DNA of 64,000 nucleotides. Origin: Rhodocyclaceae bacterium. Lineage in GTDB: Bacteria; Pseudomonadota; Gammaproteobacteria; Burkholderiales; Rhodocyclaceae. How positions within the stretch are numbered: position 1 is the stretch's first letter; every line of letters starts with the position of its first letter. The position numbers were made by a program, and so were the translations under genes. The notes under the pieces were generated by a model, which ran no database searches, had not been told where the DNA came from, and worked only from the letters and a program-made list of their open reading frames with translations. The stretch covers positions 270 to 64,269 of the forward strand of contig DAIDAU010000514.1 of the NCBI GenBank assembly GCA_027310465.1, read 5' to 3'. This document shows, in pieces, positions 1-6,839 of the stretch.

Positions 1-85
1 GCTTGTCCTTCACGTCGCGGGCGATGAAGCGCACGGTGGCGCGGCCGTCGGGCGAGGTCTTGCGGAACAGGGTCCTGATGGACAT
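1..85 (-). CDS. hypothetical early protein, first 28 codons only (gene runs off the left edge)
   Basis: ATG at 83-85 (minus) preceded by AAAGGAGACCATC; reads MSIRTLFRKTSPDGRATVRFIARDVKDK... Confidence 0.5.
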   Translation of the reverse strand, partial: MSIRTLFRKTSPDGRATVRFIARDVKDK

Positions 86-118
86 GATGGTCTCCTTTGG
101 GTGGGGTTTGGTGATGGA

Positions 119-139
119 GGCCGCGCTGCGAACGCGGCC
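119..139 (-). promoter_or_regulatory. intercistronic hairpin, constant-loop family copy 1
   Basis: 7-bp stem GGCCGCG/CGCGGCC around loop CTGCGAA (+ strand; UUCGCAG in the leftward transcript); 33 nt upstream of the start at 85. Confidence 0.6.
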
Positions 140-145
140 GGTTAC

Positions 146-370
146 TCACTCGTAGATGCGCTCGGCGCGGGACAGCATCTGGTCGATGCGGTTCTGCCAG
201 TCGCGCAGCTCGTTGGCGTCGACCATGCGCGCCTCCAGCCGCAGCGCGAGCACGCGGAGGTCATTGAGGTCCTTGCCGAGCAGCGCATAGTCGGCGTCGT
301 TGTCGAACTTGGCGCGTGCCGTCGCGACAGCTTGGGCGCCGAGCAGGTCCAGGGTCTTGCCGGGGATCAT
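146..370 (-). CDS. hypothetical early protein (74 aa)
   Basis: ATGA start/stop coupling with the upstream gene at 367-370; MIPGKTLDLLGAQAV...SRAERIYE; upstream part of the 164-aa track ORF is Arg-rich GC artefact. Confidence 0.6.
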   Translation of the reverse strand: MIPGKTLDLLGAQAVATARAKFDNDADYALLGKDLNDLRVLALRLEARMVDANELRDWQNRIDQMLSRAERIYE

Positions 371-768
371 GCCGACGCCCCCGCCTTGGCCTGTTCGATC
401 GCGGCGTCGAACACCTTGATGATGTTGGTGTGGGCGATAGCGATGCCTCGATCGCCCGTCGCGTCGTCGGGGACGCCGACCTCTCCGTCGTTGACCGGGA
501 CATAGGCGTGGTAGTCTCGCGTCACGTCCGGAAACAGCGAGCGTGCCGCTCCGCTCAGAAGGTCCGTTGCTTCGTCGTAGCATCCCTTGCCGAAGCCGCG
601 GGTGATCTTGGCGACCGCGCCGCTGGCGCACCAAGCGCACGCCGCTCGGTTGGTCGGGGTGACGTCGACGCCGTCGCTATCGACTGCGTGAGTGTTATAG
701 GTCCAGTGCTCTGGATCGGCGATCAGGTTGCGGGCCTCGGTGAGAACTTCGAGAACGGTCTTGGTCAT
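367..768 (-). CDS. hypothetical early protein (133 aa)
   Basis: CAAGGAGACCAGCA-ATG at 768; MTKTVLEVLTEARNLIADPEHW...; balanced composition, Cys pair CAWCASGAV. Confidence 0.7.
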   Translation of the reverse strand: MTKTVLEVLTEARNLIADPEHWTYNTHAVDSDGVDVTPTNRAACAWCASGAVAKITRGFGKGCYDEATDLLSGAARSLFPDVTRDYHAYVPVNDGEVGVPDDATGDRGIAIAHTNIIKVFDAAIEQAKAGASA

Positions 769-869
769 TGCTGGTCTCCTTGCTTGCCGTGTCCGGCGGC
801 GAGTGTGATGAATGACGCGATGGCGATCGCAGTCGCGATCACCAGAGCGACGAGGGTGATGACCTGCAT
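765..869 (-). CDS. small membrane protein (34 aa)
   Basis: ATGA coupling at both ends; MQVITLVALVIATAIAIASFITLAAGHGKQGDQQ, one hydrophobic helix; below the ORF-track size cutoff. Confidence 0.45.
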   Translation of the reverse strand: MQVITLVALVIATAIAIASFITLAAGHGKQGDQQ

Positions 870-964
870 CACGGCGCAATCCCCCACATGGCGGCGAGCA
901 GCATCAGCCATCCGATGGTGAGGTCGAGCGGAGTGAGGGGCTGAATGACGACGGCCTTGCGCAT
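869..964 (-). CDS. small membrane protein (31 aa)
   Basis: Start overlaps upstream TGA (ATGA at 962-966); MRKAVVIQPLTPLDLTIGWLMLLAAMWGIAP. Confidence 0.4.
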   Translation of the reverse strand: MRKAVVIQPLTPLDLTIGWLMLLAAMWGIAP

Positions 965-1122
965 CAGCGGCCTCCCATCACGTAGCCGGCGACCGCGAAC
1001 AGCGACAGCACGGTGCCGCCGAGCGCGACCTCGATCAGTGAGACGTCGAAGTTCCTTTTGAGGAAGCCGTCGACATAGGTGGCGATCGCTCGCGCATCGG
1101 CGAGCAGCTGGATGGACTGCAT
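964..1122 (-). CDS. small membrane protein (52 aa)
   Basis: AAGGAGACCACC-ATG at 1122; MQSIQLLADARAIATYVDGFLKRNFDVSLIEVALGGTVLSLFAVAGYVMGGR. Confidence 0.55.
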   Translation of the reverse strand: MQSIQLLADARAIATYVDGFLKRNFDVSLIEVALGGTVLSLFAVAGYVMGGR

Positions 1123-1141
1123 GGTGGTCTCCTTGGGTTAT

Positions 1142-1158
1142 GCCGTCTGCGAAACGGC
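1142..1158 (-). promoter_or_regulatory. intercistronic hairpin, constant-loop family copy 2
   Basis: GCCGT/CTGCGAA/ACGGC; 19 nt upstream of the start at 1122. Confidence 0.6.
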
Positions 1159-1165
1159 GGGTGGT

Positions 1166-1474
1166 CTAGGTGATGATCGAGAGGATGTGTTCGATGCGGC
1201 GAGCAGTGCCGCCGCAGTCGAGGATGTAGTTCACCTGCTCGGTGGTAGCGCGGACATCGCGTTTCTGCATACGCAGGAGTAGTTCATGGCAGGAGTAGCC
1301 GTTCGGATGCTCTGCCAGAAGCCGCTCGCCCCTGTCGTCCTTATGGAACAGGCCGTGAGTGTCGAGTTGATCGATCACCTTGACCTGCAACGTCCCGAAC
1401 GGCGTCTCGACCGGTTTGCGGATGCGTGGCTCGCTGGAGGGGAGGAGCGATCCGCCAATGTTACGCGAAGGCAT
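1166..1474 (-). CDS. hypothetical early protein (102 aa)
   Basis: GGGAGGTGACCC-ATG at 1474; full track ORF; TAG stop. Confidence 0.7.
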   Translation of the reverse strand: MPSRNIGGSLLPSSEPRIRKPVETPFGTLQVKVIDQLDTHGLFHKDDRGERLLAEHPNGYSCHELLLRMQKRDVRATTEQVNYILDCGGTARRIEHILSIIT

Positions 1475-1889
1475 GGGTCACCTCCCATGCGTGTTCGCCG
1501 AAGCGGTAGTCGCCGCCGCGCGCCAGTATCGGCGGCTTGCGGATCGGATCATCCGGCGGGATGAAGCCGTAACGCTCGGGCTGCGACTCGAGGTGCGCCA
1601 TGCTTTCGCGATAGCGTTGCAGGCACCATGCGTTGAAGGCGTCGACCGTCTCGGGCGGAACCTCGAAGGAGTAGGAGCCGTCGGCGCGGCGGATGCAGTT
1701 GCGCCGACGCAAGATGCCGATCGAGGATTTCCAGTCTGCGCGCACGCCATCACCGTTGGCGAGCGATAGTTCGTAACTATCCACGGAGTGGCGCAGCTCG
1801 GCGAAATAGGTGCCGGTGTCGTCGGTCACCATGTAGTCGACGGTGCCCATGTAGGAGCACTTCCACGTGAAGCGGGGTTCGGTCATCAT
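1461..1889 (-). CDS. hypothetical early protein (142 aa)
   Basis: ATGATG start overlapping upstream TGA (1886-1889), GGGAGGG just upstream; MMTEPRFTWKCSYMGTVDY... Confidence 0.7.
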   Translation of the reverse strand: MMTEPRFTWKCSYMGTVDYMVTDDTGTYFAELRHSVDSYELSLANGDGVRADWKSSIGILRRRNCIRRADGSYSFEVPPETVDAFNAWCLQRYRESMAHLESQPERYGFIPPDDPIRKPPILARGGDYRFGEHAWEVTHAFA

Positions 1890-2365
1890 GCAGCCCTCCC
1901 GCTCGCCAGATTGAAGGCCTCGTTGTGGCTCTTGCCCGCGGCGCGGTGCGTGTCGTAGGACCGCTGCCACGCGATCCAGCGCCGTAGCTCGGCGGCGCGC
2001 TCGGCCTTAAGGCCAGCCTCGGCGATGTGCGTCTCGTCGCTGCCGGCCCTGTTCCAGGCGTTCTGCGCGATGCTGTAGCGCGCGGAGTCGATCACCTCCG
2101 CCAGTGTGCCGTTGCAGATGCAGCTGGCATGGAGTGTCTTGCCGTGTTCGATCAGGTGATCTGGCCCAATGACGCGGTAGGCGCAGTCACCGGTCGGCAT
2201 CTGGTAGGCGATCAGGAGCCAGCCAAACCGCGTTTCCATGTGCGGCTCGTCGGCGGCGCACCAGCGGGCGATCGCGTTCTTGAGGTCGGCCTTGGCCTCA
2301 GTCTTGGTGAGGCCGTAGCCGAGCACGCGGCCCTCGTTCACGGTGACAGTTTTGGATTTATGCAT
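1886..2365 (-). CDS. hypothetical early protein (159 aa)
   Basis: AAGGAGACCACC-ATG at 2365; MHKSKTVTVNEGRVLGYGL... Confidence 0.75.
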   Translation of the reverse strand: MHKSKTVTVNEGRVLGYGLTKTEAKADLKNAIARWCAADEPHMETRFGWLLIAYQMPTGDCAYRVIGPDHLIEHGKTLHASCICNGTLAEVIDSARYSIAQNAWNRAGSDETHIAEAGLKAERAAELRRWIAWQRSYDTHRAAGKSHNEAFNLASGRAA

Positions 2366-2395
2366 GGTGGTCTCCTTGGTTGCGGCTGACTGCGA

Positions 2396-2560
2396 TCAGC
2401 CGATCATGACGATGATGGGGGAAGAGGTGACGGCGAGGCCCTGCGTGTAGAGCTCGGCCTCGCTGTAGCGGATGAACTTGCGCACGGTTGCGAACACGTA
2501 CACAGGACTGGTCTCGCTCGCCCGGCGCAGCACCATGTAATAGGGCCGCGGCTTGCGCAT
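2396..2560 (-). CDS. hypothetical small protein (54 aa)
   Basis: ATG at 2560, 2 nt after upstream TGA (2563-2565); MRKPRPYYMVLRRASETSPVYVF... Confidence 0.5.
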   Translation of the reverse strand: MRKPRPYYMVLRRASETSPVYVFATVRKFIRYSEAELYTQGLAVTSSPIIVMIG

Positions 2561-2562
2561 GG

Positions 2563-2880
2563 TCAGTCGTTGCAGGCGATGTCGTTCGGGCAGTAGCCCT
2601 TGCCTGCGCACTTCTCCGGCGTCCGGCAGAACGGGTAGGGCGGCTTCGGCCAGCGCCAGTAGAACTGCGAACGCGCGCTCTCGACCAGCTTGGTGTCGAC
2701 CACCGCGTTCCAGATGCGCTCGACGTCGGCACGCGGAAACTTCGCGGCTGCCTTCTCGATGCGGGCGTACTCGTCCGCTCCTTTGCGATAGTAGTAGCCG
2801 TCGTCGGAGTAGCTGTAGGTGAGGTCGTGCGCCTTGCAGGCGCGCTCGAAATCCTCGAGCGTGTTGATCTCGGTCGTCAT
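2563..2880 (-). CDS. hypothetical early protein (105 aa), Cys-rich C-terminus
   Basis: AAGGAGACCACC-ATG at 2880; MTTEINTLEDFERACKAHDL... Confidence 0.75.
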   Translation of the reverse strand: MTTEINTLEDFERACKAHDLTYSYSDDGYYYRKGADEYARIEKAAAKFPRADVERIWNAVVDTKLVESARSQFYWRWPKPPYPFCRTPEKCAGKGYCPNDIACND

Positions 2881-2894
2881 GGTGGTCTCCTTGT

Positions 2895-2911
2895 GCCGTC
2901 TGCGAAACGGC
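2895..2911 (-). promoter_or_regulatory. intercistronic hairpin, constant-loop family copy 3
   Basis: GCCGT/CTGCGAA/ACGGC; 14 nt upstream of the start at 2880. Confidence 0.6.
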
Positions 2912-2917
2912 GGTGGG

Positions 2918-3193
2918 TCAGGTGTTGATGATGGGGGCTTCGTCCAGGCGCTTGAGCACCGCCTTCTTGCGGAGCAGCGGCACCAGCTCGGTGGCCTCGA
3001 CCTTGGCGACGTCGGCCCACTCGCGGCCGGTCTCGGCGGTCGCGATCATGCGGGCGAGCTTGGCCTCGATGGCGGTGATCTGGTCCTCGATCGACAGCAT
3101 CGGAGCAGAGAGGAAGACGCCAAGGGCTTCGGTCGACTGCTTGGCGTGGTCGATCACGACGGTCTCGCCGTTGCGGATGGCAATGAGGGTCAT
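2918..3193 (-). CDS. hypothetical early protein (91 aa)
   Basis: GGAGG RBS then ATG at 3193; MTLIAIRNGETVVIDHAKQ... Confidence 0.7.
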   Translation of the reverse strand: MTLIAIRNGETVVIDHAKQSTEALGVFLSAPMLSIEDQITAIEAKLARMIATAETGREWADVAKVEATELVPLLRKKAVLKRLDEAPIINT

Positions 3194-3205
3194 GGCGGCC
3201 TCCGC

Positions 3206-3280
3206 TCACTTGCCGTTGCGATAGGTGGCGAGTTCGAGCTTGCGGATCAGCTTGATGATCTGGATTTGCTTGGCGGACAT
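3206..3280 (-). CDS. possible micro-ORF (24 aa)
   Basis: GAAGGAGACCACC-ATG at 3280; MSAKQIQIIKLIRKLELATYRNGK; supported only by the perfect family TIR. Confidence 0.35.
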   Translation of the reverse strand: MSAKQIQIIKLIRKLELATYRNGK

Positions 3281-3305
3281 GGTGGTCTCCTTCGGTTGGG
3301 GTTGA

Positions 3306-3322
3306 GCCGTCTGCGAAACGGC
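3306..3322 (-). promoter_or_regulatory. intercistronic hairpin, constant-loop family copy 4
   Basis: GCCGT/CTGCGAA/ACGGC, 25 nt upstream of the start at 3280; a second small hairpin GTGCG-AAAAG-CGCAC follows at 3324-3338. Confidence 0.6.
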
Positions 3323-3376
3323 CGTGCGAAAAGCGCACGCTGGAGCGTCGCTACGGGAGCGGCGCTCGGACTTGCG

Positions 3377-3556
3377 CTATTGCTTGATGGACAGCTGCTC
3401 TCTGCTCCAGCAGCGGATGCAGATCGGCTTGCCGTCCTTGGTGAACTTGAAGTTGCTGCGAACCAGCGATGACGTTCGGGGCTTGGACGTCCCGAACGAT
3501 TTGCGGTCGCAGTCGGGATGGGTGCAGACCCATCCGCCGGCGTGCGATTTGGCCAT
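3377..3556 (-). CDS. small zinc-ribbon-like protein (59 aa)
   Basis: Start shares one base with upstream TGA (3554-3558); MAKSHAGGWVCTHPDCDRKSFG...KPICIRCWSREQLSIKQ with CxxC...CxxC; TAG stop. Confidence 0.6.
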   Translation of the reverse strand: MAKSHAGGWVCTHPDCDRKSFGTSKPRTSSLVRSNFKFTKDGKPICIRCWSREQLSIKQ

Positions 3557-3858
3557 CAGTCGCGCACCGGCCAGCCGCGCAGCTCGGCGAGGGTCTTGGC
3601 GGCGGCGATCTGCTCGGCAGTGACCTTGCGGCCCTCGAACACGCTCGCCAGCGAGGCGCCGTGGGCGGGAATGTGCAGATGGCCGAACTCGATCGTGACG
3701 GCGACGGGCCAGGTGTCGCAGATGCCGACGACCTTCTCGCTCTCGATCACGAGGACGTCGCCGGTCTTGACCTCGACCTCTGCGGTGTGGCGGAAGTACC
3801 AGCCGGTCTGGCAGGCATCGTAGGCGGCGCCGGTGCTCGGGAAGTGGTGCGTGCTCAT
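3556..3858 (-). CDS. hypothetical early protein (100 aa)
   Basis: GGAGGCCGCC-ATG at 3858; MSTHHFPSTGAAYDACQTGWYF... Confidence 0.75.
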   Translation of the reverse strand: MSTHHFPSTGAAYDACQTGWYFRHTAEVEVKTGDVLVIESEKVVGICDTWPVAVTIEFGHLHIPAHGASLASVFEGRKVTAEQIAAAKTLAELRGWPVRD

Positions 3859-3867
3859 GGCGGCCTC

Positions 3868-4041
3868 CTACTCGGTCGGGGCGGAATGCAGGATCGTTCT
3901 GCGCGGCAGCTCGCTCACCGGCACGATCTCGGTGCTGGCGGCGAGGAGGCGCTCGGCGCGCTCGGCGTCGGCGTGGCTATGGAACGGCCCGAACACGCGG
4001 GTGGCGCGGCGGCGGTGAGCGATGATCGCGAGTTTCAGCAT
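3868..4041 (-). CDS. hypothetical small protein (57 aa)
   Basis: AAGGAAACCACC-ATG at 4041; MLKLAIIAHRRRATRVFGPFHSH...; rest of the 162-aa track ORF is Arg-rich artefact. Confidence 0.55.
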   Translation of the reverse strand: MLKLAIIAHRRRATRVFGPFHSHADAERAERLLAASTEIVPVSELPRRTILHSAPTE

Positions 4042-4058
4042 GGTGGTTTCCTTGTGAT

Positions 4059-4073
4059 GACGCTGCGAACGTC
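4059..4073 (-). promoter_or_regulatory. intercistronic hairpin, constant-loop family copy 5 (short stem)
   Basis: GACG/CTGCGAA/CGTC; 17 nt upstream of the start at 4041; only a 4-bp stem. Confidence 0.4.
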
Positions 4074-4094
4074 GGGGTTGTCGGGTGGAAGCGA

Positions 4095-4301
4095 TCAGGC
4101 CGGCAGCGCCGGCGGGAACTTGCCGGCGTCGCGCGCTGATGCGATGGCGAGGCGAAGCATCGGGCTCCAGTTCATGGCGCGCACCGGTTCGGCCTTGAAG
4201 CCGTGAGCGCGCCGCGCCATCGCCTTGGTGATCGGCTCCTCCGAGATCAGCTTGGAGCCGTCGGCGAAGAAGAAGACGTGGAAGCGGGTCGTCTTGGCCA
4301 T
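4095..4301 (-). CDS. hypothetical early protein (68 aa)
   Basis: GAGGAGATCAC-ATG at 4301; MAKTTRFHVFFFADGSKLISEEP... Confidence 0.7.
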   Translation of the reverse strand: MAKTTRFHVFFFADGSKLISEEPITKAMARRAHGFKAEPVRAMNWSPMLRLAIASARDAGKFPPALPA

Positions 4302-4310
4302 GTGATCTCC

Positions 4311-4526
4311 TCAGATCGAACGGAAGCCGTCGGCCGTCGCGAGGCGGCGCTTGCACTCGATCGGCTCGATGCGGCGATTGCGGACGCGACCCTCGTCGAG
4401 ATGGAACAGCGCGCCGGCCTCGCGGACTGCTTTGGTCTTGCTGGTCTCCTGCACGACGTAGGTGGCTTGCTGCGAGCGGCCGTTCCTGTCGGTCCAGCGA
4501 ACGATGGCGTCGAAAGTCTTAGTCAT
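4311..4526 (-). CDS. hypothetical early protein (71 aa), first gene of the leftward operon
   Basis: GAGGAGACCACCA-ATG at 4526; MTKTFDAIVRWTDRNGRSQQATYVVQ... Confidence 0.7.
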   Translation of the reverse strand: MTKTFDAIVRWTDRNGRSQQATYVVQETSKTKAVREAGALFHLDEGRVRNRRIEPIECKRRLATADGFRSI

Positions 4527-4550
4527 TGGTGGTCTCCTCGGTTGGCGCAT

Positions 4551-4577
4551 GAAAAAGGCCCCGCTGCGAACGGGGCC
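4551..4577 (-). terminator. constant-loop hairpin copy 6 with U-tract (terminator or attenuator-like) ahead of the first leftward gene
   Basis: Minus strand GGCCCCG-TTCGCAG-CGGGGCC followed by TTTTTC; lies between the control region and the start at 4526. Confidence 0.55.
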
Positions 4578-5665
4578 GGTTGACGTGACAGGGAATAGAG
4601 AGAGGGGAAGGCGGAGGGGCTTAGGGCGGTGCGGCCCGATTAGAGAGAGGTGCCACACTGCGCTAAGCCGCCCGGGCGGTATATGACGGCCCGGGCGGGC
4701 TTTGCGAATTGGCCAGACTTTGCGGGGGATTGCCTGCAAAGCCGGGCTTTACCTATGACGGCCAAATGAATGGAACCGGCAGGGTTACGAACGGCGCTGG
4801 AAACCATGGCAACGGTGCGGGGGCTAATGCGCTAATGAGGCGCGGCCTAAATGCGGGTGCCATACCAGACGGGCTTGGACGCTACCGAAAAGCCCCGGCC
4901 CCATGGTTGCGAGCGCAAACTAGAGGGGCAAGCCACAAGGCCCGTAATGAGGGGCCTTGCGCCCTAGCCCCTGTTGCGTGCGCAAACTGGCGGGGCCGGG
5001 CCTATGCCTTTGGGCACCGCCCCCGGGGGCCTGTATATGACAGGCTTGCCCAAGGGCCGATCCGCTGGCGGGACTCTGCGAGGCTAACGGCAGTAGCTGC
5101 CGAAAGGGCCAAGCCCGAAACGTAGGGGGCTGCTTACCTAGGCCGGAGGAGCGGCCCTACCGGACAGCCGGAAGAGCTACGGAAGAGAATGCACCCGATT
5201 GGTGCATATGTAAAGAGAGAAGCGGCTTTTATTGGCCTAAGCCGTTGAAAACAAAGCAGAAATGCCCGTTTTAGGATGGAACCGGCCCCGCCAGAGCTGG
5301 AACCGGATGCATTTGCATGAAAAAACCGGGCCGAATCAGGCCTTGACAGCCTATTTAAGGTTGCATTGCCGCTTTGGGAGTTGCGGAAAGCCCGGTTTGC
5401 CTTCCGCGTTCCCGAATTGGAAGCCGGATGTGACGTCCCGTTGTGACATCCGGGACATTTGGCCGATGTCACGCCCGAGGCGATCACGGTACCGCGCAAT
5501 CAGATCAATGGCTTAGCCGCGATGTCACGGAGGTCACAAATCGCCCGGGCGATGACCTCGACATGGCCGAGGTCACGGATGTCCGGCCAATGTCCCAGCG
5601 ATGTCACGGGCCAATGTCACGCTTTTCCGCGTGCGGAACGGGACAGCCCGAGGTAGCATTCCCCC
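4578..5665. other. 1.1-kb non-coding control or origin-like region between divergent operons
   Basis: No ORF with protein-like composition on either strand; dense palindromes, direct repeats and iterons (see findings). Confidence 0.7.
5428..5620. repeat. iteron-like array, at least 9 copies of ATGTC(A/C)C or its complement
   Basis: ATGTCAC at 5466, 5522, 5601, 5614; ATGTCCC at 5590; ATGTCCG at 5579; ATGTGAC at 5428; inverted GTGACAT at 5443 and GGGACAT at 5452; extended consensus CGATGTCACGG. Confidence 0.75.
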
Positions 5666-6280
5666 ATGCCGAGCATCACCGGACACAACCACGCCAGATC
5701 GGCGTCGAACCGCTCCCGCCGCCTGGCCGAGCGCTATCTCAAGACCCTCGGCCTCGTCGCCATCGCGATCGAGCCCGACAAATCCGGCGCCCTCTGCCGC
5801 TTGAGCGTGATCGCGCCGGACCTGCGCGGGGAGGGGCATCGCATCTGGTTCCGCTCGCCCGCGGACGCGGACAGGGTGCTGAAGGATCTCCTGAGCCGGG
5901 ACGGCAGGGTCGGCGTGTTCCGGGCCGGGTACCGGGCGAAATGCGCGCAGCATCAGGCCAATAAGCTGATCCGCGAGCGCGCCGCGGAGCTGGGGATCGC
6001 GCTGGTCTCCAACCTGGAGCTGGGTGCCCAGCTCGAGATCCTGACCGATCGCATCGAGCGCGAGGTCGCGCGCATGGCCGACACCGGCGCCATGGCTCCG
6101 CTCAACCGGGAATACGCCGCCTTGCGCAAATCAGCGGCGGGACATCCCGTGGGACATTCGCCGGGACATTCGGGACATCAGGGACAAAAGCTGCCCTGCT
6201 TCAACGATTGGCTCGAGTCGAGGCTGGAAATGATGCTCGCAAATGTGCTAACTCATAACTCATTGAAATCATTGGTATAG
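5666..6280 (+). CDS. hypothetical protein (204 aa) bracketed by its own repeat arrays; candidate DNA-binding or initiator protein
   Basis: Full track ORF starting MPSITGHNHARSASNRSRRLAERYLK...; no domain recognised; function inferred only from context. Confidence 0.65.
   Translation: MPSITGHNHARSASNRSRRLAERYLKTLGLVAIAIEPDKSGALCRLSVIAPDLRGEGHRIWFRSPADADRVLKDLLSRDGRVGVFRAGYRAKCAQHQANKLIRERAAELGIALVSNLELGAQLEILTDRIEREVARMADTGAMAPLNREYAALRKSAAGHPVGHSPGHSGHQGQKLPCFNDWLESRLEMMLANVLTHNSLKSLV
6139..6187 (+). repeat. tandem GGGACAT array inside the 3' part of the 5666 ORF
   Basis: GGGACAT at 6139, 6151, 6163, 6172 and GGGACAA at 6181 (spacing 12, 12, 9, 9 nt); complement of the upstream ATGTCCC motif; encodes GHPVGHSPGHSGHQGQ. 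Confidence 0.7.
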
Positions 6281-6284
6281 ACTG

Positions 6285-6839
6285 ATGTCCGGACGTCGCA
6301 AGCGACCGATTACGATGAGCTCCCGCCAATGGCAGGGAGAGATCAAGCGGAGGGCCGAACGTCAGGGAGCTACGAGGTCGTATTGGAGTCAGGACAAGCC
6401 CTGTAGGCTGAAGGTCAGGACTGCAGAGGAATGGGCCGCAGAGGTCGATAAACAAGTCGCCAATGTCGCCAGATGGCGCAAAGAAAACGCAGCGCATCTC
6501 GCCGCTCTCAAAGTTCAGTGGAATCGGAATAACGCTGATAAAACACGCGGTTACGCGCTCAAGCGGCGGGCCATGATCGAGTCTGCGTCCTACATTCCGC
6601 ACACAGTTCCAATGCCAGACGATGGCCTCTGCCCGTATTGCGGCGTCGCCATGGACGGCACGTATCCGGCAGTCAACGCGCCGGTCATCGACCACACCAT
6701 TCCTCTATCCAAGGGAGGCCGACACACTCCCGACAATACGCTGATGATCTGCAACCGATGCAACTGCATCAAGCGGGACCGACCGGTCTCTTATCTGCTC
6801 GAAAAATTGCACCAAAGTGGTGCACTCGCGAAAACGTGA
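6285..6839 (+). CDS. HNH endonuclease (paralog 1 of 3)
   Basis: CPYCG...IDHTIPLSKGGRHTPDNTLMICNRCNCIKRDR; visibly lower third-position G+C than neighbours. Confidence 0.85.
   Translation: MSGRRKRPITMSSRQWQGEIKRRAERQGATRSYWSQDKPCRLKVRTAEEWAAEVDKQVANVARWRKENAAHLAALKVQWNRNNADKTRGYALKRRAMIESASYIPHTVPMPDDGLCPYCGVAMDGTYPAVNAPVIDHTIPLSKGGRHTPDNTLMICNRCNCIKRDRPVSYLLEKLHQSGALAKT

Noticed and set aside
3351-3533. 60-aa track ORF on the minus strand
   Set aside because: Gln/Arg/Pro-biased frame. The overlapping frame 3377-3556 encodes a CxxC...CxxC protein coupled to the upstream stop and is preferred.
4709-5499. Track ORFs 4709-5125 (+) and 5134-5499 (-) inside the control region
   Set aside because: Low-complexity Gly/Arg/Ala/Ser composition, no RBS, and they are cut through by palindromes and repeats. 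Treated as non-coding.
6139-6187. CRISPR-like or minisatellite reading of the GGGACAT tandem array
   Set aside because: Units of 9-12 nt without spacers lie inside an ORF. This fits protein-binding iterons, not a CRISPR array.
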